Positions 50,369 through 59,453 of a stretch of 64,000 bases of DNA are shown here, piece after piece. Every line of letters begins with the position of its first letter. The stretch's first letter is position 1. A model generated the notes under the pieces. It was not told the origin of the DNA, did no database searches, and worked only from the letters and a program-made list of their open reading frames with translations. Made by a program: the position numbers and the translations under genes. Origin of the DNA: Acidobacteriota bacterium (GTDB lineage Bacteria > Acidobacteriota > UBA6911); NCBI GenBank assembly GCA_963664705.1, contig OY761556.1, positions 3,040,001 to 3,104,000 on the forward strand. The letters are read 5' to 3'.

Positions 50369-51091
50369 CTATGCCTTGCCCATAGCCTGAGCTGCTTCCA
50401 TAATTGCGGTAGGATGCCGCGGGTAGGTTCCACAGCAGCAGATATTGCCGGCGAGAGCCTGTTTGCAGTCATTCTCGGTCGGATTGGGATTCTTCTGCAG
50501 CAGAGCCTTGGCCGAAACGACGAAGCCCGGAGTGCAGTAGCCGCACTGCATCGCGTCCCACTTGCAGTAGGACTGGATGAGGGAGCGCCATTTGGGATCG
50601 GCGGCAATTCCTTCGACGGTCTCGATGGATTTGCCCTCGCATTCGACCGCCAGGGTCGAGCAGGAGAGGACGGTTCTGCCGTCAATGTTCACGGAGCAGG
50701 AACCGCATACGCCGCGGTCACACATCTGCTTGGCTCCGGTAAGACCGAGTTTGAACTGCAGAGTGCGCTGAAGGGTCCAGTGCGGCTCGATGAGGACTTC
50801 GTACTCCTTGCCGTTCACCTTGAGTTTGGTAGCAACAGGGAGCGCATATCCGGGATGTGCCTGGGCGAAGTGGGTTTTCAATCCGCCATACGTGTTAAAA
50901 TCTTTTGCGCAGACCGGGCACTTGAAGTTGGTGATGGTCGTGGGAGCTTCTGCGGCAGCCGCAGCAGCCGCTTCGGTGGACAGGGTAAGGCCTGCTCCCA
51001 GAGTGCTGCCGGCTACAACAGCGCCTGCACTTTTAAGAAAATTTCTTCGATTCAGTCCTGTTCCTTCGTTGATAATTGTTTCATCTGCCAT
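50369..51091 (-). CDS. xanthine dehydrogenase-family 2x[2Fe-2S] subunit with Tat signal and C2H2-like finger
   Basis: NRRNFLK; CPVC-x12-H-x4-H; CDRGVCGSC; QCGYCTPG; NICCCG. Confidence 0.93.
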   Translation of the reverse strand: MADETIINEGTGLNRRNFLKSAGAVVAGSTLGAGLTLSTEAAAAAAAEAPTTITNFKCPVCAKDFNTYGGLKTHFAQAHPGYALPVATKLKVNGKEYEVLIEPHWTLQRTLQFKLGLTGAKQMCDRGVCGSCSVNIDGRTVLSCSTLAVECEGKSIETVEGIAADPKWRSLIQSYCKWDAMQCGYCTPGFVVSAKALLQKNPNPTENDCKQALAGNICCCGTYPRHPTAIMEAAQAMGKA

Positions 51092-51233
51092 GGCAGGTCC
51101 TCCTTAAGATTATTTGCCATCGCGTATCTAAACGCATACGCAAAGGACAGCCAGCCGAACTTGGGTGGCCTGGGAAAATCAAACCGCATTTTTAGGAAAG
51201 TGAATGACGACGTACCGGCGTTTCTTAGTGCGT

Positions 51234-51275
51234 TCAGGTAAAGCCGGAGAACTTATAGCGTGGGATTCTATTCAT
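51234..51275 (-). promoter_or_regulatory. leader peptide C, MNRIPRYKFSGFT-UGA, upstream of the molybdoenzyme operon
   Basis: ends TTC TCC GGC TTT ACC TGA; conserved arm CGCCGGTACGTCGTC at 51206-51220. Confidence 0.75.
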
Positions 51276-51426
51276 ATCAGGAGGAGAGTATGCAACACCA
51301 ATAAAGGCCGAAACAAGCATTTTCTGTCTATCCGACGCTTCCTCCAGGGACAGGATTCCATGTACATCAATTGCATAGGTACGAGAAAACGTGGCACCGA
51401 ACTCACAACCCACTCCAGGTTGCCAA

Positions 51427-52824
51427 GTGGGTGTAACTTCCTTTCTGTAAATTCAATTTAGTTTTTATCAAATCTGATTTGGTTTTGGGACCGGAGTGAA
51501 GGCGAGGGAACCGAGCCAAAACGAAGATCCCAAAACCAAGCAATAGCTTGTGTTGGGTGGGCCAAATCTGTTTTCCTATCCTTTGAATCGCCAAACTCAA
51601 TGGAAAGGAGACCGAAGTGGCCCACCAATCCGAATCTAACGTAGTGGATACCGTCGTTCAACTTCTTTGTGAATCCGGACTCTCCAAAATGGGGGAGGCC
51701 GTACGAATCATGCTCAATGAGGCAATGCGAATTGAGAGGTCGCGAGCAATTGAAGCCGAACCCTATCAGCGCACCGATCGACGGAAGGGTTATAGCAACG
51801 GTTTTAAACCCAAAACGCTGGACACGCGCCTTGGGGCGATCACATTTCAAGTGCCACAGACCCGTGGAGTGGAGTTTTATCCCTCGGCTCTGGAAAAAGG
51901 CATACGCAGCGAGCGGGCGCTTAAACTCGCTATCGCCGAGATGTATGTGCAAGGCGTGTCCACCCGCAAGGTCACCGAAGTGATGCGGCAGCTCTGCGGA
52001 CTCGATGTCTCCAGCACGCAGGTCAGTCGCGCGACTCAAGCCCTGGACGAAGAACTGAAGGCTTGGCGCCAGCGACCCATTGGCGAAATACCTTATCTGG
52101 TGCTGGACGCGCGATACGAAAAGGTTCGCCATGGCGGTTCAGTTGTTTCCTGCGCAGTTCTAATCGCGGTTGGCATCACTGCAAAGGGACATCGTAGCTT
52201 ATTGGGCGTGAGTGTCTCGTTGAGCGAGGCAGAGGTACATTGGCGTGAATTTCTCGGCAGCCTGCAGGATCGGGGCCTCCATGGAGTCAAGCTGATCGTC
52301 AGCGACGACCATTCTGGGCTCAAGGCAGCCGGTCAGGCCCGGTTTACAGGAGTTCCCTGGCAACGATGCCAGTTTCACTTGCAGCAGAATGCCGGCCACT
52401 ATGTACCTCGCATAGAAATGCGCAGCGATCTCGCGGCCGACTTGCGCGCTGTTTTTGACGCGCCGGACCGACCAGAAGCCGATCGCCGACTGGAAATGGC
52501 TGTACGCAAATATGAGAAATCTGCACCGAAGCTGGCTGCCTGGCTGTCCGCCAATATACCCGATGGCCTAACAGTGTTTATATTGCCGATTTCTCACCGT
52601 CGACGACTCCGGACATCGAATGTTCTGGAGCGGCTCAATAAAGAAATCAAGCGCCGTACACGTGTCGCGACTTTGTTCCCCAATGAGGCATCATTGTTGC
52701 GGCTTGTCAGTGCAGTACTGATGGAAATCAGTGAAGAATGGGAGACTGAAAAGATTTACTTAACCATGGAAAGCAGCGGCCTAATCACACAGGAATGAAT
52801 TTACAGAAAAAAAGTTGCTTCGCC
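51427..52824 (+). mobile_element. complete IS256-family insertion sequence
   Basis: imperfect 29-bp terminal IRs sharing TTTCTGTAAATTCA; 8-bp target duplication GTTGCCAA at 51419-51426 and 52825-52832. Confidence 0.93.
51617..52798 (+). CDS. IS256-family transposase
   Basis: EMYVQGVSTRKV, LDARYEKVR, SDDHSGL, WQRCQFH, TSNVLERLNKEIKRR. Confidence 0.97.
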   Translation: MAHQSESNVVDTVVQLLCESGLSKMGEAVRIMLNEAMRIERSRAIEAEPYQRTDRRKGYSNGFKPKTLDTRLGAITFQVPQTRGVEFYPSALEKGIRSERALKLAIAEMYVQGVSTRKVTEVMRQLCGLDVSSTQVSRATQALDEELKAWRQRPIGEIPYLVLDARYEKVRHGGSVVSCAVLIAVGITAKGHRSLLGVSVSLSEAEVHWREFLGSLQDRGLHGVKLIVSDDHSGLKAAGQARFTGVPWQRCQFHLQQNAGHYVPRIEMRSDLAADLRAVFDAPDRPEADRRLEMAVRKYEKSAPKLAAWLSANIPDGLTVFILPISHRRRLRTSNVLERLNKEIKRRTRVATLFPNEASLLRLVSAVLMEISEEWETEKIYLTMESSGLITQE

Positions 52825-52854
52825 GTTGCCAATGCTCCTTTGGCCTACAAAACA

Positions 52855-53352
52855 CTAAAGACTGAATTTCCTCAATCCCTTCGAACCAAGTAAAAGCCAC
52901 AATCCAAGCCCCAGCTTGACCACGCCTTGAACCAAGGGAACGAAGGAGAGAGTCCAGTTTACATTTCGATTTATTGTACGAATAGCGGAGCTAAGGGCGA
53001 ACAGGCCGCACAGTGGGGCTATGGAATCGACAACCATGAGAATCCCTAGTGCTGAGAATACAATACTTTGGATAAGCTGCGGAGTTATACCCGAAGCGTT
53101 TTCGGGCAACGGCGTTTGCGGAGATTTGGCTGCAATTCGACCGGCAAGGAGCCAGTTATTAGCAGTGAGCCACAAAACAACGCTAAGCAGTAACAGTCCT
53201 GCGGTAGGAACAAACAATAAAATCATCGAATAATTCAGCATGGTGAAAGCAGGTCGAATCGATAGCGGGAATTGCAGTGAACTTAGACTAACAATGAATG
53301 CATATATACTGAGAATTTTGCAGGCAACCTCCATGGTTTCGTGCTTGTTCAT
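52855..53352 (-). CDS. four-TM membrane hypothetical protein
   Basis: GAGGAGG SD; four hydrophobic segments. Confidence 0.65.
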   Translation of the reverse strand: MNKHETMEVACKILSIYAFIVSLSSLQFPLSIRPAFTMLNYSMILLFVPTAGLLLLSVVLWLTANNWLLAGRIAAKSPQTPLPENASGITPQLIQSIVFSALGILMVVDSIAPLCGLFALSSAIRTINRNVNWTLSFVPLVQGVVKLGLGLWLLLGSKGLRKFSL

Positions 53353-53492
53353 TAGATCCTCCTCGACCCGTTAACTGCTATTGATGGCAAATCCGAAGCT
53401 GGTTTATTCCCAAAATTGTTGACTATTGTACCGGAGGATCAACATGTCAGTCCACACTGTAGACTGAATCGCTTTTCCATTCGCCAGGAAAT

Positions 53493-53609
53493 AGGATTGT
53501 TGATAACGAGGTGAATCGGGGGGGAGGCCTGTGAGATTCGCCCCCAAGAGTGTTACCTATGTTTCCGGAATGGACCCTTTGGCAGGTGGTCGGGGCGAAA
53601 GGATTCGAA
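53493..53609. repeat. degenerate IS481-end plus tRNA-Pro 3' fragment (att-like), direct repeat of 55185-55333
   Basis: TGGTCGGGGCGAAAGGATTCGAA (53587-53609) is 22/23 identical to the tRNA-Pro(CGG) 3' end; shared TGATAACGAGGTGAATCGGG and GTGTTACCTATGT..CCGG.ATGGACC. Confidence 0.8.
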
Positions 53610-53944
53610 TTCTACGCCCATGCGTTCAGCTCACTTCGCAGATGTTCACAAGTAGCCCATAAACAAAGATCTTGAGCTCTCTTTCCTGCATTGTCCGAAC
53701 TTCGCCTATCACTGCCAAACAGGCTTGAACTTTGACCCGTTATTACACACGCTCTACACACGGATTGACCTTTATCAGAGCCTTTCATTTATCAGGCAAT
53801 ATCCAGAAATTGTTCAGCAGCATATATAAAAGCAATCCACCAATGTCACAATTTTCTGAGAGAACGCAGCACATTTGTAGATAATCGGATAGCTCGGTAG
53901 CAAACAGCGATCCCGTCATTCGTCACGAATACAAGAGGAGAGTC

Positions 53945-54994
53945 ATGTCCATGCATCTACGATTGCACGTTGCGGTCTTCGTATTAGCAATAGTGATTGG
54001 AGGAACTGGCCTGTTGGGCCAGCGCAGAGAACAGACCTTCTTCCCGGACAAAAGCGGGATCATAGAAGCTATAAAAATCGATCGCAACTCAGGCGAGGGA
54101 TGGCATCTCTCTGTTGCTGAACAAAAGGCTTTTTATGGCCATCTTGCTGAGTTGCATGAATTGTTCTTGGCGCAACCAGTTTTCAAGCCACCGAAGGGAT
54201 TTATGATCTCCGGCTATGCGCGCGCAGAAGACAAGTATGCCCGTACTGGAACTCCCGTCCGTGGGTCTAGCAGGCTGCGCTATATTCCCTACATACTTCA
54301 GAATGACTATAATACAGGCAAGCCCCCGGCCGGTAAGGAACCCTTTTCGTTCATATACCTCGAAGAGGATGTGTATCTTCATGTCAATGATCCAACTGCA
54401 GCTCTTGGGAGTTACGAGGCGGGTCCATTTTTTCCATCTGCGACAACACCGGTACTTTTCCAACCACACAAGATTGGAGAGCGTGACGGATTTCCCATCT
54501 ATGCGACGAGCGAGGGAAACTATGTCTCACCACTCCTCGTGATGACGCGATCCGCGAAATCGGTGTGGGTCCCGCTCAGCCAGGAAGGGTTTCTCAATAT
54601 CTTAATCAAACACCATCAGGCACGACGCGCAGCCAAAGACTCTGATTACAGGTCTGAGGAGCCGATTGTAAATATGCAAGCGGCACTGGCGAAAATGTCG
54701 CCGCAAGAGAAGCAGCGACAGGCGTTCTATCTTGAGCACTACGATTATAGTCCGCCCCTTGCCGCACCAGGCACACCGAGGGCTCAGCCCTTGGTCATAC
54801 CAAACCCTGAATTGTTCGATCCATCATTGCCGCGGACGGCGGTCCAACTTATCATTGTGCAGTTTCACGCAGCTTGGAACCTCAAGGATCCACAACCTGA
54901 ACAGTTCGGGAATTTCATGAACGTACGCCAGGCACAGACGCTGGACACCTCCAATTGGCAAGCAATCAGCGCTATTCTGGACGAACGCCCTTGA
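53945..54994 (+). CDS. exported hypothetical protein (cargo between tRNA-Pro repeats)
   Basis: GAGGAG SD; signal peptide; 349 aa. Confidence 0.75.
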   Translation: MSMHLRLHVAVFVLAIVIGGTGLLGQRREQTFFPDKSGIIEAIKIDRNSGEGWHLSVAEQKAFYGHLAELHELFLAQPVFKPPKGFMISGYARAEDKYARTGTPVRGSSRLRYIPYILQNDYNTGKPPAGKEPFSFIYLEEDVYLHVNDPTAALGSYEAGPFFPSATTPVLFQPHKIGERDGFPIYATSEGNYVSPLLVMTRSAKSVWVPLSQEGFLNILIKHHQARRAAKDSDYRSEEPIVNMQAALAKMSPQEKQRQAFYLEHYDYSPPLAAPGTPRAQPLVIPNPELFDPSLPRTAVQLIIVQFHAAWNLKDPQPEQFGNFMNVRQAQTLDTSNWQAISAILDERP

Positions 54995-55104
54995 TTGAAT
55001 GCACTTGGATTGCCTTTTACTAGCCAGGCAGATCGCATTGGACAAAACCTTATAGAAAGCGAATACACCAAAGTTAAAGGCAATGCCGGCAAAAGGTCTT
55101 TGGC

Positions 55105-55300
55105 AGAGTCTTTGCAGATTAATACGTCGGTATCAGAGAGGTCGAAAACGATATCCTGCTCGTAAATTTTATGGATTATGATCCAGGATTTTTTGATAAC
55201 GAGGTGAATCGGGTGGAGCCTGTAGGCGAAAATCCATTCGCCCCAAAAGTGTTACCCATGTCTCCGGTATGAAGTGTTACCTATGTGTCCGGGATGGACC
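55105..55300 (+). pseudogene. IS481-family transposase C-terminal remnant and right end
   Basis: translates RVFAD*YVGIREVENDILLVNFMDYDPGFFD...[14 protein letters not shown]; doubled TGTTACC.ATGT.TCCGG end motif. Confidence 0.7.
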
Positions 55301-55309
55301 CTTTGGCGG

Positions 55310-55387
<78 letters not shown>

Positions 55388-55501
55388 ACAAGAACGCAAA
55401 TCCTAGCGCAATTTGCCCCAGCAATCAAGTTCGATCGGGCATTCCGATGAAAAAACCGGATATTCCCGCCCGTTTCCAACCCCGAGGCGTGATGAAACCC
55501 C

Positions 55502-56263
55502 TTATTTCCCTTTGATTCGGAAAAAAGTTTCCGCTTCGCGCATCAGGGATTGAGCTGCCGTATAGTCGGTCTGATCACGCTGCAGCGGCGTGATCGAGAC
55601 ATAATTCTCCACGATTGCCTGGCGATCCGAAACAAACTCGATCTTCGGATTCTGTGCGGGGCTGAACGGTAAACCATCCAGGTCGCCCTTAAAATCCAAC
55701 GCATTGAAATGCGGCGTATGCTCGGAACACCCTTGCCGCGTTATCCTGGTCCCCTTGATCCGGCGCGCCGGCGGAAAATTCACGTTCAGGCAGATCTCGC
55801 CAACTATGCCATTATGAAGCAGCGCGGCAACCAGGTCGCGCATGTACTCTGCCCCTTCTTTAAACCGGATCGGCTTCTCCGTATAGGCCTGGGATACGGC
55901 TATCGCGGGAATACCGTGAGCGGAGGCCTCCCGCGCGGCGGCCACAGTGCCTGAGTACATGATATCGTCCCCCAGGTTGGCCCCGTGGTTGATCCCGGAA
56001 ATGACAAGGTCCGGGAATTGAACAAACAGATGCCGCAGCGCGTATATCACGCAATCCGCAGGCGTCCCATTCAATACATAGTGATTCGGCCTGATTTCCT
56101 GAAGATTGAGGGGAGAGCGAAGCGTCAGCCCGTGACTGACGGCGCTGCGCTCCTGGTCAGGAGCAACGACGATAATATGGGCAAGCCCGTTCAAGGCAGC
56201 CTCAAGGGTCTTTATCCCTTCGGCCTCAATCCCATCATCGTTGGTAAGAAGAATGACTTTCAC
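55502..56263 (-). CDS. surE: 5'/3'-nucleotidase SurE
   Basis: ILLTNDDG, GTPADCV, SGINHGANLG, YSGTVAAA. Confidence 0.95.
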   Translation of the reverse strand: MKVILLTNDDGIEAEGIKTLEAALNGLAHIIVVAPDQERSAVSHGLTLRSPLNLQEIRPNHYVLNGTPADCVIYALRHLFVQFPDLVISGINHGANLGDDIMYSGTVAAAREASAHGIPAIAVSQAYTEKPIRFKEGAEYMRDLVAALLHNGIVGEICLNVNFPPARRIKGTRITRQGCSEHTPHFNALDFKGDLDGLPFSPAQNPKIEFVSDRQAIVENYVSITPLQRDQTDYTAAQSLMREAETFFRIKGK

Positions 56264-56278
56264 AGTGTAGATAGAGAA

Positions 56279-56355
56279 TGGTCGGGACGAGTGGATTTGA
56301 ACCACCGACCACACGCACCCCAAGCGTGTGCGCTACCAGGCTGCGCTACGTCCCG
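56279..56355 (-). tRNA. tRNA-Pro (GGG)
   Basis: 77-nt cloverleaf; anticodon loop TTGGGGT; CCA end; conserved ihf-merR-tRNAPro-surE context. Confidence 0.96.
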
Positions 56356-56373
56356 ACGCAGGATCGAACAGTA

Positions 56374-56742
56374 TCATTCGCGGTCCAGCAAAGTCAATAT
56401 GTTCTCAAGCTCAGCTTTCACCTTCTTGAGCCGATCGGAGGGTTCCGCAGGCGCAGGCGGAGGCAGTTCCGGAACCGCTTCCTGAACCGGTTCCTCTATT
56501 TTATGCGCGCTCAAGTATTTGCGCGCACCCGCGATCGTGAAGCCCTCCTCATACAGGAGCTTTTTTATCCGCAGCAGCAACTCAATATCTTTCGGGCGAT
56601 ACGTTCGTTGACCTGACTTGCTTTTCGGGGGAGAAAGCGCCGAAAACTCCGTCTCCCAGAAACGCAGGACATGCGCTTCTACTCCGACGATTTCGCAGAC
56701 TTCCCTTATTTTGTAATAAAGCTTCTTGGGGACAAACGTCAT
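56374..56742 (-). CDS. MerR-family HTH regulator
   Basis: YYKIREV...HVLRFWETEF...GQRTY...LLYEEGFTIAGA. Confidence 0.9.
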   Translation of the reverse strand: MTFVPKKLYYKIREVCEIVGVEAHVLRFWETEFSALSPPKSKSGQRTYRPKDIELLLRIKKLLYEEGFTIAGARKYLSAHKIEEPVQEAVPELPPPAPAEPSDRLKKVKAELENILTLLDRE

Positions 56743-56745
56743 CGG

Positions 56746-57015
56746 TTAAACCGTTTTCAAATTCTTTGAAAGCTTGAACTTGATCGAATTCCGGCCGGGA
56801 ATCAGCATCGCCTCACCTGTTTGCGGGTTTACTCCCTTCTTGTCTTTCCGCCGCATCAACGTAAAACACCCGAATCCGCTGAGCAGAACCTTTTCCCCAC
56901 GCACCAGCCGTTCCTTGATCGTTTCCAGAATAAGGTCCACGATCTTCTGTGCTTCCGCATAAGAAAGACCGCCGTGAGCCTCGTAGACCCTTTTGCTGAT
57001 ATCGTTTTTGTTCAT
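56746..57015 (-). CDS. IHF/HU family DNA-binding protein (IHF-alpha-like)
   Basis: LSGFGCF...GVNPQTGE. Confidence 0.9.
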   Translation of the reverse strand: MNKNDISKRVYEAHGGLSYAEAQKIVDLILETIKERLVRGEKVLLSGFGCFTLMRRKDKKGVNPQTGEAMLIPGRNSIKFKLSKNLKTV

Positions 57016-57063
57016 CTGCCACTGTCGATGCCCCTCGGCATCGAATTTACGGATTCGTCGCGC

Positions 57064-58395
57064 TTACTTCCGTGGAGGCTTCAGCCGCTGCTGAATGCGA
57101 ATCGGCGTCGCGAAAAATCCGAAATGCTCCCGCAATTTGTTTGCGAGATATCTCTCGGTGGAAAAATGCAAGCGGTCCCGCCCCGTCGTAAAAATGACAA
57201 ACGTCGGAGGGTTCGATCTCGCCTGTGTTATATAGCGAATCCCAAGCCTCTGGTTGGGATCCTGCGCAGAAAACGTTTCTGCTGTATCGGGGACAAACAG
57301 ATTATTCAGCGTGCCGGTCGGGATCCTCACGTTGCGGGCTTCATACGCCTGGCGAATGACATCAAACAGCTTGGAAACGCGCTGCCCGGTCACAGCCGAA
57401 ACAGTCAAAATCGGGGCATACGAAAGGTACTTCATGCGCCGGTGAATATCCTCGGTATAAGTTTCGAGCGTGTGGGTGTCCTTCTCGACAAGGTCCCATT
57501 TGTTCAGCACAATAATGACAGAGCAGCCGGACTCCGCGGCATAGCCGCCAATGCCGGCATCGAGCTTTGTCACGCCTTCCTCGGCATCCAGCAGCAGGAG
57601 CGCTACATCGGCTTTATCCAGGCTTTTTTGTGCCATGACCACGCTGACCTTCTCGGTCCGCCCTTCAGTCTTCCCTTTGCGGCGGATTCCAGCAGTATCG
57701 ATAATCCGGAATCGCGTCCCTTCCCGAACCAAGAGCGTATCCACAGCGTCGCGCGTGGTTCCCGCGACATTGGTTACAATCGATCGTTCAAATCCCAGGA
57801 GGCGATTGACCAGCGAAGATTTGCCGACGTTGGGCCGGCCGACAACCGCGACGCCAATTTCCTCCGCAGGTTCAGCCTCCTCATCCACCGCGGAGGACGC
57901 AAATCCGGACGCGCGCTCGGCCAGGGCATCCAGCAGATCCGCGGTACCGATTCCGTGCTCGGCTGAAATCCCATACACCTGCTCCATGCCGAATTCATGG
58001 AACGCAGCAGTATGGCTTTCCCAGGAAGAGGAATCGATTTTGTTAACGACAGTCCAGACCGGTTTCCCTGTTTTCCGCATCATCGGCAGGAGCTGCTCAT
58101 CCAGGGGAGTGATTCCCGCCTTGCCGTCCACCACCATCAGGATGAGATGGGATTCCGAGATCGCCGCGGCCACCTGATTCAGTATCTTCTCAGGGATAAG
58201 CTCATTGGCATCGGGAATCATCCCTCCGGTATCGAGCACCGAGATCTGTCTGTTATTCCAACGCACGGAACCGTAAATACGATCCCGGGTAATGCCGGCC
58301 TCGTCGCCGACAATAGCTTTTCTCGTTCCGCACAACCGGTTAAAAAGCGTCGATTTGCCGACATTGGGCCGGCCTATAATAGCTACTTGAAACAT
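57064..58395 (-). CDS. der: ribosome biogenesis GTPase Der (EngA)
   Basis: two GRPNVGKS G-domains, DTAGIRRK, C-terminal KH-like domain. Confidence 0.97.
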   Translation of the reverse strand: MFQVAIIGRPNVGKSTLFNRLCGTRKAIVGDEAGITRDRIYGSVRWNNRQISVLDTGGMIPDANELIPEKILNQVAAAISESHLILMVVDGKAGITPLDEQLLPMMRKTGKPVWTVVNKIDSSSWESHTAAFHEFGMEQVYGISAEHGIGTADLLDALAERASGFASSAVDEEAEPAEEIGVAVVGRPNVGKSSLVNRLLGFERSIVTNVAGTTRDAVDTLLVREGTRFRIIDTAGIRRKGKTEGRTEKVSVVMAQKSLDKADVALLLLDAEEGVTKLDAGIGGYAAESGCSVIIVLNKWDLVEKDTHTLETYTEDIHRRMKYLSYAPILTVSAVTGQRVSKLFDVIRQAYEARNVRIPTGTLNNLFVPDTAETFSAQDPNQRLGIRYITQARSNPPTFVIFTTGRDRLHFSTERYLANKLREHFGFFATPIRIQQRLKPPRK

Positions 58396-58548
58396 ATTAA
58401 CCTTCTAGTAAATACAAATACCCCGAACAATATACCTAAATTTGCGAGACTTGGCGCCTAGTTTCTTTTGCGGGGCATTCTGCGCCTGATTGGAGCGCCA
58501 AACCACGACCTCCAGGTTTAAGCCTTTTGAGCCTTCAGCTGGGAAAAG

Positions 58549-59433
58549 TTAAGGTTTAACTGGAACTACCAGAGGGAAAGCCTTATTCCTTAGGCTAATT
58601 TCGACAGGGAGACCACCCGCAAGTTCGCCATCCACCTGCACCAGTACATCGGCACCGCCCCGAATGCTCAATGTCCGTGCCCGCAATCGATGCGTCCAGC
58701 TATGCCTGGCCGCTTTTCCAAACCAGGCCTGAATCAGGAAAAAACCCAGGGCAAGTCTACGCCGTCCTTCCAGAATCAGGATGTCCACCAGACCATCGGT
58801 CATATCCGCATCGGGACAGAAAAGGAGTCCTCCGCCATAGCTTCTGGCATTGCACACCAGACAGCTCGTTGCGGGATAAGTCCGCCCCTCGACCAGTACC
58901 TGGAACTCAGGAAATGAATAGCTGCGCAGGCCGGAGGCGATCGCCGCCGCATAGGCAGCCATGCCGATCTTTTTCTTCAGTGCAGGATTCACCCCGGCTA
59001 CAACAAAAGCATCGAAACCGATGCCGGCCACGAACAAAGAGCGCTTCGCCCCACCGTTCAGCTCGCACAAATCCACATTTCGGACACTACCTCCCAGGGC
59101 AGTCGTCAGCGCATGCACGGGATTCAATGGCACCCGCAATTCCCGGGCAACCACGTTGGCCGTTCCGGCCGGCAGGATTGCGACAGGGAAAGGAGGCTGC
59201 GGCAAACGGCAGGCAACCTCGTTGATTGTCCCGTCCCCTCCGCAAATGCCCACAAGATCCGGGGGCGAGAGGGTCAATTCTTCCGCTATCGAACCGGCAT
59301 GCTCCGGCCTTTGCGTTTCACGTATTTCGACCTTCCAGTCCCTGCGATCCCAGTTCCGGACGTGGTTCCGGATAGACTGATAGGCACGGCCTCCGCCGGC
59401 AACAGGATTGGCAATAATAACCAGTCTCTTCAT
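58549..59433 (-). CDS. diacylglycerol kinase family (YegS/DagK-like) lipid kinase
   Basis: NPVAG, GGDGT, PAGTAN, QVDGE. Confidence 0.92.
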   Translation of the reverse strand: MKRLVIIANPVAGGGRAYQSIRNHVRNWDRRDWKVEIRETQRPEHAGSIAEELTLSPPDLVGICGGDGTINEVACRLPQPPFPVAILPAGTANVVARELRVPLNPVHALTTALGGSVRNVDLCELNGGAKRSLFVAGIGFDAFVVAGVNPALKKKIGMAAYAAAIASGLRSYSFPEFQVLVEGRTYPATSCLVCNARSYGGGLLFCPDADMTDGLVDILILEGRRRLALGFFLIQAWFGKAARHSWTHRLRARTLSIRGGADVLVQVDGELAGGLPVEISLRNKAFPLVVPVKP

Positions 59434-59453
59434 TCGGATATATTCAATGCGGA

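Noticed and set aside
49865-51241. 458-aa plus-strand ORF, and similar long antisense ORFs (7915-8928, 56821-57966)
   Set aside because: Antisense shadows of well-supported genes in GC-rich coding DNA.
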